The notes under the pieces are model-generated. The model had not been told where the DNA came from, did not search any database, and was given only the letters and a program-made list of their open reading frames with translations. Shown piece by piece: positions 24,226-32,000 of a stretch of DNA of 32,000 bases. The DNA lies in sequence record CM022725.1; one strand, given 5' to 3'. Within the stretch, counting starts at the first letter, position 1; each line of letters opens with the position of its first letter. Made by a program: the position numbers and the translations under genes.

Positions 24226-24246
24226 ATGTCATTTCCTCCGTGCGGG

Positions 24247-26502
24247 TTATCCTACTGCAATAATTCGCGCTAAGAAGAATGACCAAGTTGTTGCGATACC
24301 ACCTAAAAGGTAGTGAGCAACACCAACGGCACGTCCCTGCGTAATACTTAAAGCGCGTGGCTGAATAGCTGGCGCAACTTTAAGCTTGTTGTGCGCCCAT
24401 ACGATTGATTCAATAAGCTCTTGCCAGTACCCACGTCCTGAGAAAAGGAACATAAGACTGAAAGCCCAGATAAAGTGTGCACCTAAGAAGATGAGACCAT
24501 AAGCTGAGAGTGCTGATCCGTATGATTGAATTACTTGTGAAGATTGTGCCCAAAGGAAATCACGAAGCCATCCGTTAATAGTGTTTGCACTTTGTGCAAA
24601 GTTACCACCAGTAATGTGTGAAACTCCGTTTCCAGTTACACTTCCCCATACATCTGACTGCATTTTCCAGCTAAAGTGGAAAATTACAATAGAAATAGAG
24701 TTGTACATCCAGAAAAGTCCTAAGAAAACGTGGTCCCAAGCTGAAACTTGACAAGTTCCTCCACGACCTGGTCCATCACAAGGGAAGCGGAAACCAAGGT
24801 TCGCCTTATCAGGGATAAGACGTGAACTACGTGCGAAAAGTACACCCTTAAGGAGGATAAGTACTGTTACGTGAATAGTAAAAGCGTGAATGTGGTGAAC
24901 CATGAAATCTGATGTTCCAAGAGAAATTGGCATCATTGCAATCTTCCCACCTACAGCTACAATGTCTCCACCCCAGCTTGCACTTGTACTAGCTGCTGCA
25001 GTTGGTGCAGTAAGCTCAGGAGCAAGAGCATGTGTGTTTTGCACGAATTGTGCAAAAATTGGTTGAAGTTGAATTGCTGTATCAGAGAACATATCTTGTG
25101 GACGTCCAAGTGCAGACATTGTATCGTTGTGGATATAAAGTCCGAAACTGTGGAAACCGAGGAAAATACATACCCAGTTTAAGTGTGAAATAATAGCATC
25201 ACGGTGACGAAGTACACGATCAAGAACGTTGTTGTAGTTTGTAGCTGGATCGTAGTCACGAACCATGAAAATTGCTGCGTGTGCTGCAGCTCCACAAATA
25301 CAGAAACCTCCAATCCACATGTGGTGAGTGAAAAGTGAAAGTTGAGTTCCGTAATCAGTAGCTAAGTACGGGTACGGTGGCATTGCATACATGTGGTGCG
25401 CAACAATAATTGAAAGTGACCCGAAAAGCGCTAAGTTAATTCCAAGTTGTGCGTGCCATGAAGTTGTTAAAATTTCGTAAAGACCTTTGTGACCTTCACC
25501 AGTGAATGGTCCCTTGTGTGCTTCAAGAATTTCTTTCATGCTGTGCCCAATTCCCCAGTTTGTACGATACTGGTGTCCTGCAATAATGAAGAGTACTCCA
25601 ATTGCAAGGTGGTGGTGTGCAGTATCAGAAAGCCAAAGACCACCTGTTACTGGGTTTAAACCTCCACGGAATGTAAGGAAGTCTGAGTATTCAGTCCAGT
25701 TAAATGTAAAGAACGGTGTAAGTCCTTTTGCAAAACTTGGGTAAAGTTCAGCCATAAGTGCACGGTTAAGCATAAACTCGTGTGGAAGTGGAATCTCTTT
25801 TGGATCTACTCCAGCATCAAGAAGTGTGTTAATCGGTAATGCAATGTGAATTTGGTGACCAGCCCATGAAAGACTTCCAAGTCCAAGAAGTCCAGCAAGG
25901 TGGTGGTTCATCATTGATTCCACATTTTGGAACCATTCAAGTTTTGGTGCAGCTTTGTGGTAGTGCCACCATCCTGCAAAGAACATAAGTCCTGCACAGA
26001 TAAGCGCTCCAATAGCTGTACTGTAAAGTTGAAGCTCAGAAGTGATTCCACTTCCACGCCAAAGTTGGAAGAATCCTGAAGTAATTTGTACTCCTTGGAA
26101 ACCTCCTCCAACGTCACCGTTAAGGATTTCTTGACCAACGATTGGCCATACTACTTGAGCTGATGGTTTAATGTGAGTTGGGTCACTTAACCATGCTTCG
26201 TAGTTTGAAAAACGTGCTCCGTGGAAGTACATTCCACTAAGCCAAATAAAGATTACTCCAAGTTGCCCAAAGTGAGCACTGAATACTTTACGAGAAATGT
26301 CTTCAAGGTCAGTTGTGTGACTATCGAAGTCGTGAGCATCTGCGTGAAGATCCCATACCCATGTAGTAGTAGCAGGTCCTTTAGCAAGTGTTCGTGAGAA
26401 ATGTCCAGGTTTAGCCCACTTCTCGAATGAAGTAGGTACCGGGTCACGATCAACTACGATTTTGACAGTTTTAATCTCGCGTTCTGGTGGACTAATTGTC
26501 AT
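24247..26502 (-). CDS. psaA: Photosystem I P700 apoprotein A1, one continuous exon
   Basis: ...[36 protein letters not shown]...[18 protein letters not shown]...; 751 aa. It is separated from psaB by 21 nt containing GGAGG. Confidence 0.98.
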   Translation of the reverse strand: MTISPPEREIKTVKIVVDRDPVPTSFEKWAKPGHFSRTLAKGPATTTWVWDLHADAHDFDSHTTDLEDISRKVFSAHFGQLGVIFIWLSGMYFHGARFSNYEAWLSDPTHIKPSAQVVWPIVGQEILNGDVGGGFQGVQITSGFFQLWRGSGITSELQLYSTAIGALICAGLMFFAGWWHYHKAAPKLEWFQNVESMMNHHLAGLLGLGSLSWAGHQIHIALPINTLLDAGVDPKEIPLPHEFMLNRALMAELYPSFAKGLTPFFTFNWTEYSDFLTFRGGLNPVTGGLWLSDTAHHHLAIGVLFIIAGHQYRTNWGIGHSMKEILEAHKGPFTGEGHKGLYEILTTSWHAQLGINLALFGSLSIIVAHHMYAMPPYPYLATDYGTQLSLFTHHMWIGGFCICGAAAHAAIFMVRDYDPATNYNNVLDRVLRHRDAIISHLNWVCIFLGFHSFGLYIHNDTMSALGRPQDMFSDTAIQLQPIFAQFVQNTHALAPELTAPTAAASTSASWGGDIVAVGGKIAMMPISLGTSDFMVHHIHAFTIHVTVLILLKGVLFARSSRLIPDKANLGFRFPCDGPGRGGTCQVSAWDHVFLGLFWMYNSISIVIFHFSWKMQSDVWGSVTGNGVSHITGGNFAQSANTINGWLRDFLWAQSSQVIQSYGSALSAYGLIFLGAHFIWAFSLMFLFSGRGYWQELIESIVWAHNKLKVAPAIQPRALSITQGRAVGVAHYLLGGIATTWSFFLARIIAVG

Positions 26503-26880
26503 TAATTTTTCCTCTATATTTCATTACTTAAAGCTTTTTATAAAAAATAAAAAACTTAAAGATCATTTATTTTATAAATTTAAAAAACTAAACATATAAT
26601 TTCTTCTTATTTTTATTAGAAAATCCTTAACGTTTAAATTTAAATTTTCAATTAAAATGAAATGGATTCCTACTTTAGGTTAAATGGTAGTGAGAAACAG
26701 TTTTGTACAAAAAATTGTTCAAAAAAGAAAAGTATAAAATTTATACAAAACACTAGCTTTAAAAACGATGGTAAAAAGTATGGTCTGTTTATAGAATAAC
26801 AGATTAGCATTGAGACCAAAATGGCATAGACGACACCTTCTTAATTTTTATTTCAATAAATTATTGCAAAATTAGAATCA

Positions 26881-26909
26881 TTAAGGCATTATAGGTATAT
26901 ACACATAAT
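26881..26909 (+). promoter_or_regulatory. Weak candidate promoter for trnD: TTAAGG-17-CATAAT
   Basis: The hexamers were read directly. The -10 ends 10 nt before trnD. The -35 match is poor. Confidence 0.25.
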
Positions 26910-26919
26910 TTATCTATGT

Positions 26920-26993
26920 GGGTTTGTAGTTCAATTGGTTAGAGCACCGCCCTGTCACGGCGGAAGTTGCGGGTTCGAGTCCCGTCAATCCCG
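26920..26993 (+). tRNA. trnD: tRNA-Asp (anticodon GUC)
   Basis: GGGTTTGTAGTTCAATTGGTTAGAGCACCGCCCTGTCACGGCGG...GCGGGTTCGAGTCCCGT CAATCCC G; the acceptor stem has a U4-U69 mismatch. Confidence 0.9.
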
Positions 26994-27019
26994 TATTAAA
27001 AAAAAAAGAAACAAATAGC

Positions 27020-27048
27020 GTGAAGGTTTTTTAATTTTTTTCTATAAT
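27020..27048 (+). promoter_or_regulatory. Weak candidate promoter for psaI-ycf12-psaM: GTGAAG-17-TATAAT
   Basis: A perfect -10 TATAAT lies at 27043-27048. The -35 match is poor. Confidence 0.25.
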
Positions 27049-27106
27049 AGTAATGTCGCCTCTATACCTCTGATTTTGGTGAAATATTTCCTTAGGAGAA
27101 ACACTC

Positions 27107-27217
27107 ATGGCTGCATCATTATTACCATCAATTTTTGTGCCTCTTGTAGGTTTAGTTTTCCCAGCTGTTGCAATGGCATCACTTTTTCTTTATATTGAAA
27201 AAGAGCAGGTTAGCTAA
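27107..27217 (+). CDS. psaI: Photosystem I subunit VIII (36 aa)
   Basis: Hand translation [36 protein letters not shown]. The core [22 protein letters not shown] is the PsaI signature. AGGAG lies upstream. Confidence 0.88.
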   Translation: MAASLLPSIFVPLVGLVFPAVAMASLFLYIEKEQVS

Positions 27218-27343
27218 TCCTTTTATTTATTTAAGATAATTTTTCATCTTATAAAAATAACTTTATACTGTTTATCCTATACTTTTAGGAATAAACAACA
27301 GCTTTTTTAAAAAGCTATTTATTTTAACTTTCGGGTAAAATTT

Positions 27344-27445
27344 ATGAATCTTGAATTAATCGGTCAACTTGTAAGCGTTGCTCTCATCGTTGGAGCAGGT
27401 CCTATTATCATTGGAGCCCTTTTCGCACGTGGCGGAAACCTTTAA
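27344..27445 (+). CDS. ycf12: Photosystem II protein Psb30/Ycf12 (33 aa)
   Basis: Hand translation MNLELIGQLVSVALIVGAGPIIIGALFARGGNL fits the Ycf12 pattern MN.E.I.QL......V.GP..I......GNL. Confidence 0.8.
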   Translation: MNLELIGQLVSVALIVGAGPIIIGALFARGGNL

Positions 27446-27460
27446 ATCATAACAAACATT

Positions 27461-27556
27461 ATGCCTTTATCTGATACACAAGTTTTTGTTGCACTTTTTG
27501 TAGCACTTATTACTGGTATTCTTTCACTTCGTCTTGGAACACAACTTTATAAGTAA
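27461..27556 (+). CDS. psaM: Photosystem I subunit XII (31 aa)
   Basis: Hand translation [31 protein letters not shown] fits the PsaM pattern ..SD.Q...AL..AL....L..RLG..LY. It starts 15 nt after ycf12. Confidence 0.78.
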   Translation: MPLSDTQVFVALFVALITGILSLRLGTQLYK

Positions 27557-27594
27557 AAATTTATAAAGTCCACTTTTTTAAAGTACTTTAAATT

Positions 27595-27641
27595 TTTTTG
27601 CTTGGTTAATTGTTGAGAACTAGCTTTTAACCAAGCAAAAA
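27595..27641 (+). terminator. Hairpin 3' of psaM
   Basis: TTTTTGCTTGGTTAA / TTAACCAAGCAAAAA, a 15-bp perfect stem with a 17-nt loop. Confidence 0.55.
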
Positions 27642-27683
27642 TTTGGCCAATGCAGAATTATAAAAAAGTTCATTGTTTAAAGT

Positions 27684-27711
27684 TTGAAGATTTGGTAATC
27701 TTTCTTATAGA
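27684..27711 (+). promoter_or_regulatory. Candidate promoter for trnP-trnW-trnS(GCU): TTGAAG-16-TATAGA
   Basis: The hexamers were read directly. The -10 ends 6 nt before trnP. The context AGTATGT precedes both trnP and trnL(GAG). Confidence 0.35.
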
Positions 27712-27717
27712 GTATGT

Positions 27718-27791
27718 CGGAGTGTAGCGCAGCTTGGTAGCGTACGTCCTTTGGGAGGATGTGGTCGCAGGTTCGAATCCTGTCACTCCGA
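27718..27791 (+). tRNA. trnP: tRNA-Pro (anticodon UGG)
   Basis: Acceptor CGGAGTG/CACTCCG. Anticodon loop TTTGGGA. T arm GCAGG-TTCGAAT-CCTGT. Confidence 0.92.
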
Positions 27792-27844
27792 AACTTCAAT
27801 TTTAGTTAAATCTATTGGAGTCCAATCTCTTATGTGTACAGTAG

Positions 27845-27917
27845 GCGTCCTTAGTTCAGTTGGTAGAACGCAGGTCTCCAAAACCTGATGTCCTAGGTTC
27901 AAGTCCTAGAGGGCGTG
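27845..27917 (+). tRNA. trnW: tRNA-Trp (anticodon CCA)
   Basis: GCGTCCTTAGTTCAGTTGGTAGAAC. Anticodon arm CAGGT-CTCCAAA-ACCTG. T arm CTAGG-TTCAAGT-CCTAG. Discriminator G. Confidence 0.92.
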
Positions 27918-27965
27918 TATGATTTAACGAAATGAAACTAAATTTTCCTTATTTTAAGGTGCATT

Positions 27966-28052
27966 GGAGAGATGACTGAGAGGCCGAAAGTATTTCATTG
28001 CTAATGAAACGTGCGAGTAATCGTACCAAGGGTTCGAATCCCTTTCTCTCCG
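27966..28052 (+). tRNA. trnS: tRNA-Ser (anticodon GCU), class II
   Basis: Acceptor GGAGAGA/TCTCTCC. Anticodon arm TTTCA-TTGCTAA-TGAAA. Long variable arm. T arm AAGGG-TTCGAAT-CCCTT. Confidence 0.92.
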
Positions 28053-28082
28053 AAAATATAAAAGAAATTTACACATTGGTTC

Positions 28083-28110
28083 TTGACTGAATAGCCTACT
28101 ATTTTATATT
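28083..28110 (+). promoter_or_regulatory. Candidate promoter for rpl20: TTGACT-16-TATATT
   Basis: The hexamers were read directly, about 120 nt upstream of the rpl20 ATG. AAGGAG lies 5 nt before the ATG. Confidence 0.4.
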
Positions 28111-28230
28111 CTATAGGCATAGATATATGATAAATTTATTTAATTGTTCTAGAACATTGAATAAAAAAATAAAATTGTAAAATTATATCAATATACCTTT
28201 GTTTTACGAAGCTATTCAAAAGGAGATATT

Positions 28231-28566
28231 ATGACACGAGTGAAACGTGGAACAGTTGCGCGTAAGCGTCGCAACAAAATTTTAGAACTCAACCGTGGGT
28301 ATCGTGGGTCACATTCGACATTATTCCGTACTGCTCAGCAGCGAACATTAAAAGCCCTTACAACGGCTTATACAGATCGTCGTAAGAAAAAGCGTACTTA
28401 CCGCCGTTTATGGATCCGTCGTATTAATGCGGCAGTTCGTACTTCAGGAACAACTTATAGTAAATTCATTCATGAAATGAAAAAAGATCAGATTTTACTT
28501 AATCGTAAAGTTCTTTCACAATTAGTTCTTCTTGATCCAGAAAGTTTTAAAACACTTACGAAATAA
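28231..28566 (+). CDS. rpl20: 50S ribosomal protein L20
   Basis: [37 protein letters not shown]... Confidence 0.95.
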   Translation: MTRVKRGTVARKRRNKILELNRGYRGSHSTLFRTAQQRTLKALTTAYTDRRKKKRTYRRLWIRRINAAVRTSGTTYSKFIHEMKKDQILLNRKVLSQLVLLDPESFKTLTK

Positions 28567-28585
28567 GAAATAGAACTTAAAGGCG

Positions 28586-28653
28586 AAGATCTAAGAGAGT
28601 TCGAAACCGAATTGTTTATAAAAGAATTCGGCTACTTGCATGTCTTAGGTCTT
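28586..28653 (+). terminator. Compound inverted repeat 3' of rpl20
   Basis: The outer stem AAGATCTAAGA / TCTTAGGTCTT (11 bp, one G-U) encloses an inner stem CCGAATT / AATTCGG. Confidence 0.5.
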
Positions 28654-28673
28654 TTTGTTATTTTATATGTACT

Positions 28674-28758
28674 GGAGAGATGTCAGAGTGGTTTAATGTA
28701 TTGGTCTTGAAAACCAATGTAGCGCAAGTTACCGTGGGTTCAAATCCCACTCTCTCCG
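28674..28758 (+). tRNA. trnS: tRNA-Ser (anticodon UGA), class II
   Basis: Acceptor GGAGAGA/TCTCTCC. Anticodon arm TTGGT-CTTGAAA-ACCAA. T arm GTGGG-TTCAAAT-CCCAC. Confidence 0.92.
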
Positions 28759-28787
28759 ATTTTTTTTAATTAATTATTGCAAGAATT

Positions 28788-28816
28788 TTGATTTGTCGCT
28801 TGTTATTAGATATAAT
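28788..28816 (+). promoter_or_regulatory. Candidate promoter for psbK-psbI(-psaJ): TTGATT-17-TATAAT
   Basis: A perfect -10 and a 4/6 -35 were read directly, about 47 nt upstream of the psbK ATG. Confidence 0.45.
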
Positions 28817-28862
28817 AAAAACGCTAGTCCACCCTTTTTATTTGTTTTGATTGGAGATCCCC

Positions 28863-29000
28863 ATGACTCAAATTTTTCTTCTTGGTCGTTTACCTGAAGC
28901 GTACGCACCGTTTGACCCACTTGTAGACGTGCTTCCAATTATTCCAGTTTTATTCTTACTTCTTGCATTCGTTTGGCAAGCTTCAGTAAGTTTCCGTTAA
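28863..29000 (+). CDS. psbK: Photosystem II protein K (45-aa precursor)
   Basis: Hand translation [45 protein letters not shown], with the conserved core LPEAYA...[18 protein letters not shown]. Confidence 0.9.
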   Translation: MTQIFLLGRLPEAYAPFDPLVDVLPIIPVLFLLLAFVWQASVSFR

Positions 29001-29017
29001 TTTAAGAGAGGAATAAA

Positions 29018-29134
29018 ATGCTTACTTTAAAAATTCTTGTTTACACTGTTGTTAGTTTCTTCGTATCTCTTTTCATCTTTGGGTTCCTTTCTAACGACCC
29101 AGGGCGTAACCCTAACTCAAAAGATTTCGAATAA
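29018..29134 (+). CDS. psbI: Photosystem II protein I (38 aa)
   Basis: Hand translation [38 protein letters not shown] is a near-canonical PsbI. It starts 17 nt after psbK. Confidence 0.93.
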   Translation: MLTLKILVYTVVSFFVSLFIFGFLSNDPGRNPNSKDFE

Positions 29135-29236
29135 ACATTTAAAGTCTGTTCTTAGTTATTAGAAGATACTATCTTCCTGAAAACAAAAGAAACCCTTTAA
29201 CTCCAAACTTATTATTTGTTTTTTCGAGGCAAATCT

Positions 29237-29362
29237 ATGAAAAATTTTACAATTTATCTTTCAACGGCACCTGTACTTGCAGCTGTATGGTTCAGCTTAC
29301 TTGCAGGAATCTTGATTGAATTAAACCGTTTCTTCCCTGACGCACTTTCTTTCCCTTTATAA
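29237..29362 (+). CDS. psaJ: Photosystem I subunit IX (41 aa)
   Basis: Hand translation [41 protein letters not shown] matches the PsaJ pattern YLS.APV.....F...AG.LIE.NR.FPD.L. Confidence 0.9.
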   Translation: MKNFTIYLSTAPVLAAVWFSLLAGILIELNRFFPDALSFPL

Positions 29363-29376
29363 ATAAAGTGTTTGTA

Positions 29377-29414
29377 GACAAATAGAGAGTCAATGAAGTG
29401 ACTCTCTATTTGTC
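29377..29414 (+). terminator. Hairpin 3' of psaJ
   Basis: GACAAATAGAGAGTCA-ATGAAG-TGACTCTCTATTTGTC, a perfect 16-bp stem. Confidence 0.6.
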
Positions 29415-29429
29415 GACAATAAAAATACC

Positions 29430-29459
29430 TTGACAGAGCTTTGTCTTGTTCGCTATTGT
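29430..29459 (+). promoter_or_regulatory. Candidate promoter for trnF: TTGACA-18-TATTGT
   Basis: A consensus -35 was read directly. The -10 ends 15 nt before trnF. Confidence 0.4.
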
Positions 29460-29474
29460 ATAAAAGAATACATT

Positions 29475-29547
<73 letters not shown>

Positions 29548-29644
29548 AAAAATGACTAGCAATAGCAAAAACAATGAAGGTATTTAACCTTCTACGAGTA
29601 GATTTAGAAATTATGGAAGCGTGTATTTCATAAATATAAAAATT

Positions 29645-31072
29645 ATGGCACCACAAACTGAAACAATGACTGGGACTGGCTTCAAAGCTGGAGTTAAGGA
29701 CTACCGTTTAACATACTACACACCTGATTACCAGGTAAAAGAAACTGACGTTCTTGCAGCGTTCCGTATGACTCCACAACCTGGAGTACCGCCTGAGGAG
29801 TGTGGAGCAGCTGTAGCAGCTGAGTCATCAACAGGTACATGGACAACTGTATGGACAGATGGTCTTACACAACTTGACCGTTACAAGGGTCGTTGTTACG
29901 ACCTTGAGCCAGTTCCAGGTGAAGACAACCAGTACATCGCGTACGTTGCTTACCCACTCGACCTTTTCGAGGAAGGATCTGTAACTAACCTTTTCACTTC
30001 AATCGTAGGTAACGTATTCGGATTTAAGGCACTTCGTGCTCTCCGTCTTGAAGACCTTCGTATTCCAGTAGCATACTGTAAGACTTTCCAGGGTGCTCCT
30101 CACGGAATTCAGGTTGAGCGTGATAAGCTTAACAAGTACGGACGTGGACTCCTTGGATGTACTATTAAGCCTAAGCTTGGTCTTTCGGCTAAGAACTACG
30201 GACGTGCAGTATACGAGTGTCTTCGTGGTGGACTTGACTTCACTAAGGATGACGAGAACGTAAACTCACAGCCTTTCATGCGTTGGCGTGACCGTTTCCT
30301 TTTCGTAGCTGAGGCTATCTACAAGTCACAGGCTGAGACTGGTGAGATTAAGGGACACTACCTTAACGCAACTGCTGGAACTGTTGACGAGATGATCAAG
30401 CGTGCTGCTTGTGCTAAAGAATTAGGAATGCCGATTGTAATGCACGACTACATTACAGCTGGTTTCACTGCTAACACTACTCTCGCTCACTACTGTCGTG
30501 ACCACGGACTTCTTCTCCACATTCACCGTGCAATGCACGCAGTAATTGACCGTCAGCGTAACCACGGAATCCACTTCCGTGTACTTGCTAAGGCTCTTCG
30601 TCTTTCAGGTGGTGACCACCTTCACTCAGGTACTGTAGTAGGTAAGCTCGAAGGTGAGCGTAACGTAACTCTTGGTTTCGTTGACCTCATGCGTGATGCT
30701 TACGTTGAGAAGGACCGTGACCGTGGAATTTACTTCACACAGGACTGGGGATCACTCCCTGGTGTAATGCCAGTTGCTTCTGGTGGTATTCACGTATGGC
30801 ACATGCCAGCTCTTGTAGAAATCTTCGGTGATGACGCTTGTCTTCAGTTCGGAGGAGGAACTCTTGGACACCCATGGGGGAACGCTCCAGGTGCATCTGC
30901 TAACCGTGTAGCACTTGAGGCTTGTACTCAGGCTCGTAACGAAGGACGTGACCTCGCTCGTGAGGGTGGTGACGTAATCCGTGCAGCTTGTAAGTGGTCT
31001 CCTGAGCTTGCAGCAGCTTGTGAAGTTTGGAAAGAGATCAAATTTGAGTTCGATACTGTCGATACATTATAG
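29645..31072 (+). CDS. rbcL: RuBisCO large subunit, form IB (475 aa)
   Basis: [29 protein letters not shown]...[23 protein letters not shown]...; the tracked start at 29621 is a GTG 8 codons upstream. Confidence 0.98.
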   Translation: MAPQTETMTGTGFKAGVKDYRLTYYTPDYQVKETDVLAAFRMTPQPGVPPEECGAAVAAESSTGTWTTVWTDGLTQLDRYKGRCYDLEPVPGEDNQYIAYVAYPLDLFEEGSVTNLFTSIVGNVFGFKALRALRLEDLRIPVAYCKTFQGAPHGIQVERDKLNKYGRGLLGCTIKPKLGLSAKNYGRAVYECLRGGLDFTKDDENVNSQPFMRWRDRFLFVAEAIYKSQAETGEIKGHYLNATAGTVDEMIKRAACAKELGMPIVMHDYITAGFTANTTLAHYCRDHGLLLHIHRAMHAVIDRQRNHGIHFRVLAKALRLSGGDHLHSGTVVGKLEGERNVTLGFVDLMRDAYVEKDRDRGIYFTQDWGSLPGVMPVASGGIHVWHMPALVEIFGDDACLQFGGGTLGHPWGNAPGASANRVALEACTQARNEGRDLAREGGDVIRAACKWSPELAAACEVWKEIKFEFDTVDTL

Positions 31073-31157
31073 ACATAACACGTTACTCAAATACTAGATA
31101 AGGGATGGACGTTCAATAGACGTTTGTTTCCTTTCTAGGGGTTGGGTCACATACTTA

Positions 31158-31210
31158 TACCTTCAAAGGAGAATCCAGATCCAAAAGATTTTGGTTCTTC
31201 CTTGAAGGTA
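31158..31210 (+). terminator. Long imperfect inverted repeat 3' of rbcL
   Basis: TACCTTCAAAGGAGAA...CCAAAA / TTTTGG...TTCTTCCTTGAAGGTA, with bulges. Confidence 0.45.
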
Positions 31211-31232
31211 GACATCAAACAAATTTTTATTT

Positions 31233-31346
31233 ATGGTTGAAACACTTCTTTCAGGAATTGTACTTGGACTCATGCCGGTAACCCTCGCAGGGTTATTTAC
31301 CACGGCATACCTCCAATACCGTCGTGGAGATCAATTAAATCTCTAA
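31233..31346 (+). CDS. petG: Cytochrome b6f subunit V (37 aa)
   Basis: Hand translation [37 protein letters not shown] is a near-canonical PetG. Confidence 0.93.
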   Translation: MVETLLSGIVLGLMPVTLAGLFTTAYLQYRRGDQLNL

Positions 31347-31412
31347 TACCTTTAGACGTTTCAAGTCAACGCCTTCAGATGTTTGCTTCTAACTCAGTTC
31401 TAAGGTCAATTC

Positions 31413-31440
31413 ATTGGGACAAAAATGAATTTGTCCCAAT
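31413..31440. terminator. Hairpin shared by the convergent petG and the unassigned minus-strand ORF
   Basis: ATTGGGACAAA-AATGAA-TTTGTCCCAAT, a perfect 11-bp stem. It lies 67 nt after the petG stop and 26 nt after the minus-strand ORF stop. Confidence 0.55.
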
Positions 31441-31465
31441 TTACTATAAAAAAAATACAAAGCTT

Positions 31466-31999
31466 TTATTTGACGTCTGGATTTTCATCTTTCCCAGGCG
31501 AAGGATTCTCATAGTCGCGAGATTTGAGGAAATCCCCAGATTGAAAGAAATGTAACGCTTCTTCAACTTTCATCTGTGCGTTTCCAGTTAAAAACGGCAC
31601 GACATTTTTAAGAATCCAGAACACATATTTCTTTTTTTCAATTTGCGTTTCATAGACGGGCTTCTTAGTTTTTTTCGTGTGTTTAATGGCTTTAACTTGG
31701 TTGCCAAATACTTTTGCCACTTTTTCAATGATTTGAAAATCCTCACTTGTGACTTGTAAACGGACAGTTTTAGCAATCCCGTAGGTACCTGGAATATCCA
31801 CGAAATAAACAAAGCTGCGCTCTTGAAAAATTGATGCAAGTTCTTCCCAATCAACGTTTGGAGCGTTTTTCGGTTCAAACATATCCAATTCTTTTTGAAG
31901 ATTTAAACGGATGCTTTTTTGGATGCTCGAGTGACCGCGTGCATCCATTCGTTTTTCCATTTCTTCTAATGCTTTTTCAACTTTTTTTCGATGACGTGA
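31466..31999 (-). CDS. Unassigned ORF, partial (the frame is open to the right window edge; the first in-window ATG at 31960 would give 164 aa)
   Basis: A long ORF with no stop between 31960 and 31999. It is Lys-rich (KHTKKTKKP, EKKKY). It is no standard plastid gene that I recognise. There is a faint LAGLIDADG-like element order (FVYFVDIPGTYGI ... VAKVFGNQV ... ILKNVVPFLTGNAQMK). Confidence 0.45.
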   Translation of the reverse strand, partial: SRHRKKVEKALEEMEKRMDARGHSSIQKSIRLNLQKELDMFEPKNAPNVDWEELASIFQERSFVYFVDIPGTYGIAKTVRLQVTSEDFQIIEKVAKVFGNQVKAIKHTKKTKKPVYETQIEKKKYVFWILKNVVPFLTGNAQMKVEEALHFFQSGDFLKSRDYENPSPGKDENPDVK

Positions 32000-32000
32000 A

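Noticed and set aside
22305-26453. Overlapping and antisense ORFs within psaB and psaA (60-110 aa)
   Set aside because: They are alternative frames of two very well conserved long genes and show no independent signals.
31588-31878. 96-aa ORF overlapping the unassigned right-edge ORF in another minus-strand frame
   Set aside because: It is shorter and wholly nested in the longer frame. The longer ORF is the more parsimonious call.

Overview
This window is a gene-dense, intron-free stretch of a plastid genome of the green lineage. Supporting points are a form IB rbcL, psaA/psaB, a plastid-type rrn operon and a chlorophyte-like ribosomal-protein cluster without rpl22. I cannot name the species from sequence alone. 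I recognise 33 protein genes, 3 rRNAs and 13 tRNAs. In order they are: the 3' part of rpoC2; rps2; 16S-trnI(GAU)-trnA(UGC)-23S-5S; psbA and psbZ (minus strand); tRNA(CAU); rpl23-rpl2-rps19-rps3-rpl16-rpl14-rpl5-rps8-infA-rps11-rpoA-rps9; trnL(GAG)-trnY-trnL(UAA); atpI-atpH-atpF-atpA; rps14; trnQ; petA; psaA-psaB (minus strand); trnD; psaI-ycf12(psb30)-psaM; trnP-trnW-trnS(GCU); rpl20; trnS(UGA); psbK-psbI-psaJ; trnF; rbcL; petG. Several tracked ORFs start too far upstream at TTG, GTG or spurious ATG codons, and I trimmed them to the conserved start. Five small genes missing from the ORF track (psaI, ycf12, psaM, psbK, psbI), plus psaJ and petG, were found by reading the spacers. Nearly every mRNA unit ends in a perfect or near-perfect inverted repeat. 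Several tRNA genes and small operons sit behind sigma70-type -35/-10 pairs. I see no CRISPR array, transposon, intron or defence-like gene cluster, and no convincing evidence of a new multi-gene system. The items most worth a second look are: (1) an unassigned ORF running off the right edge; (2) a roughly 630-nt gene-free island next to psbA; (3) an 87-codon ORF bounded by two terminator hairpins; (4) a trnL(GAG) gene that matches the CUU/CUC-rich codon style of the highly expressed genes; (5) the absence of rpl22 and rpl36 from their canonical slots; (6) the separation of rps2 from atpI.
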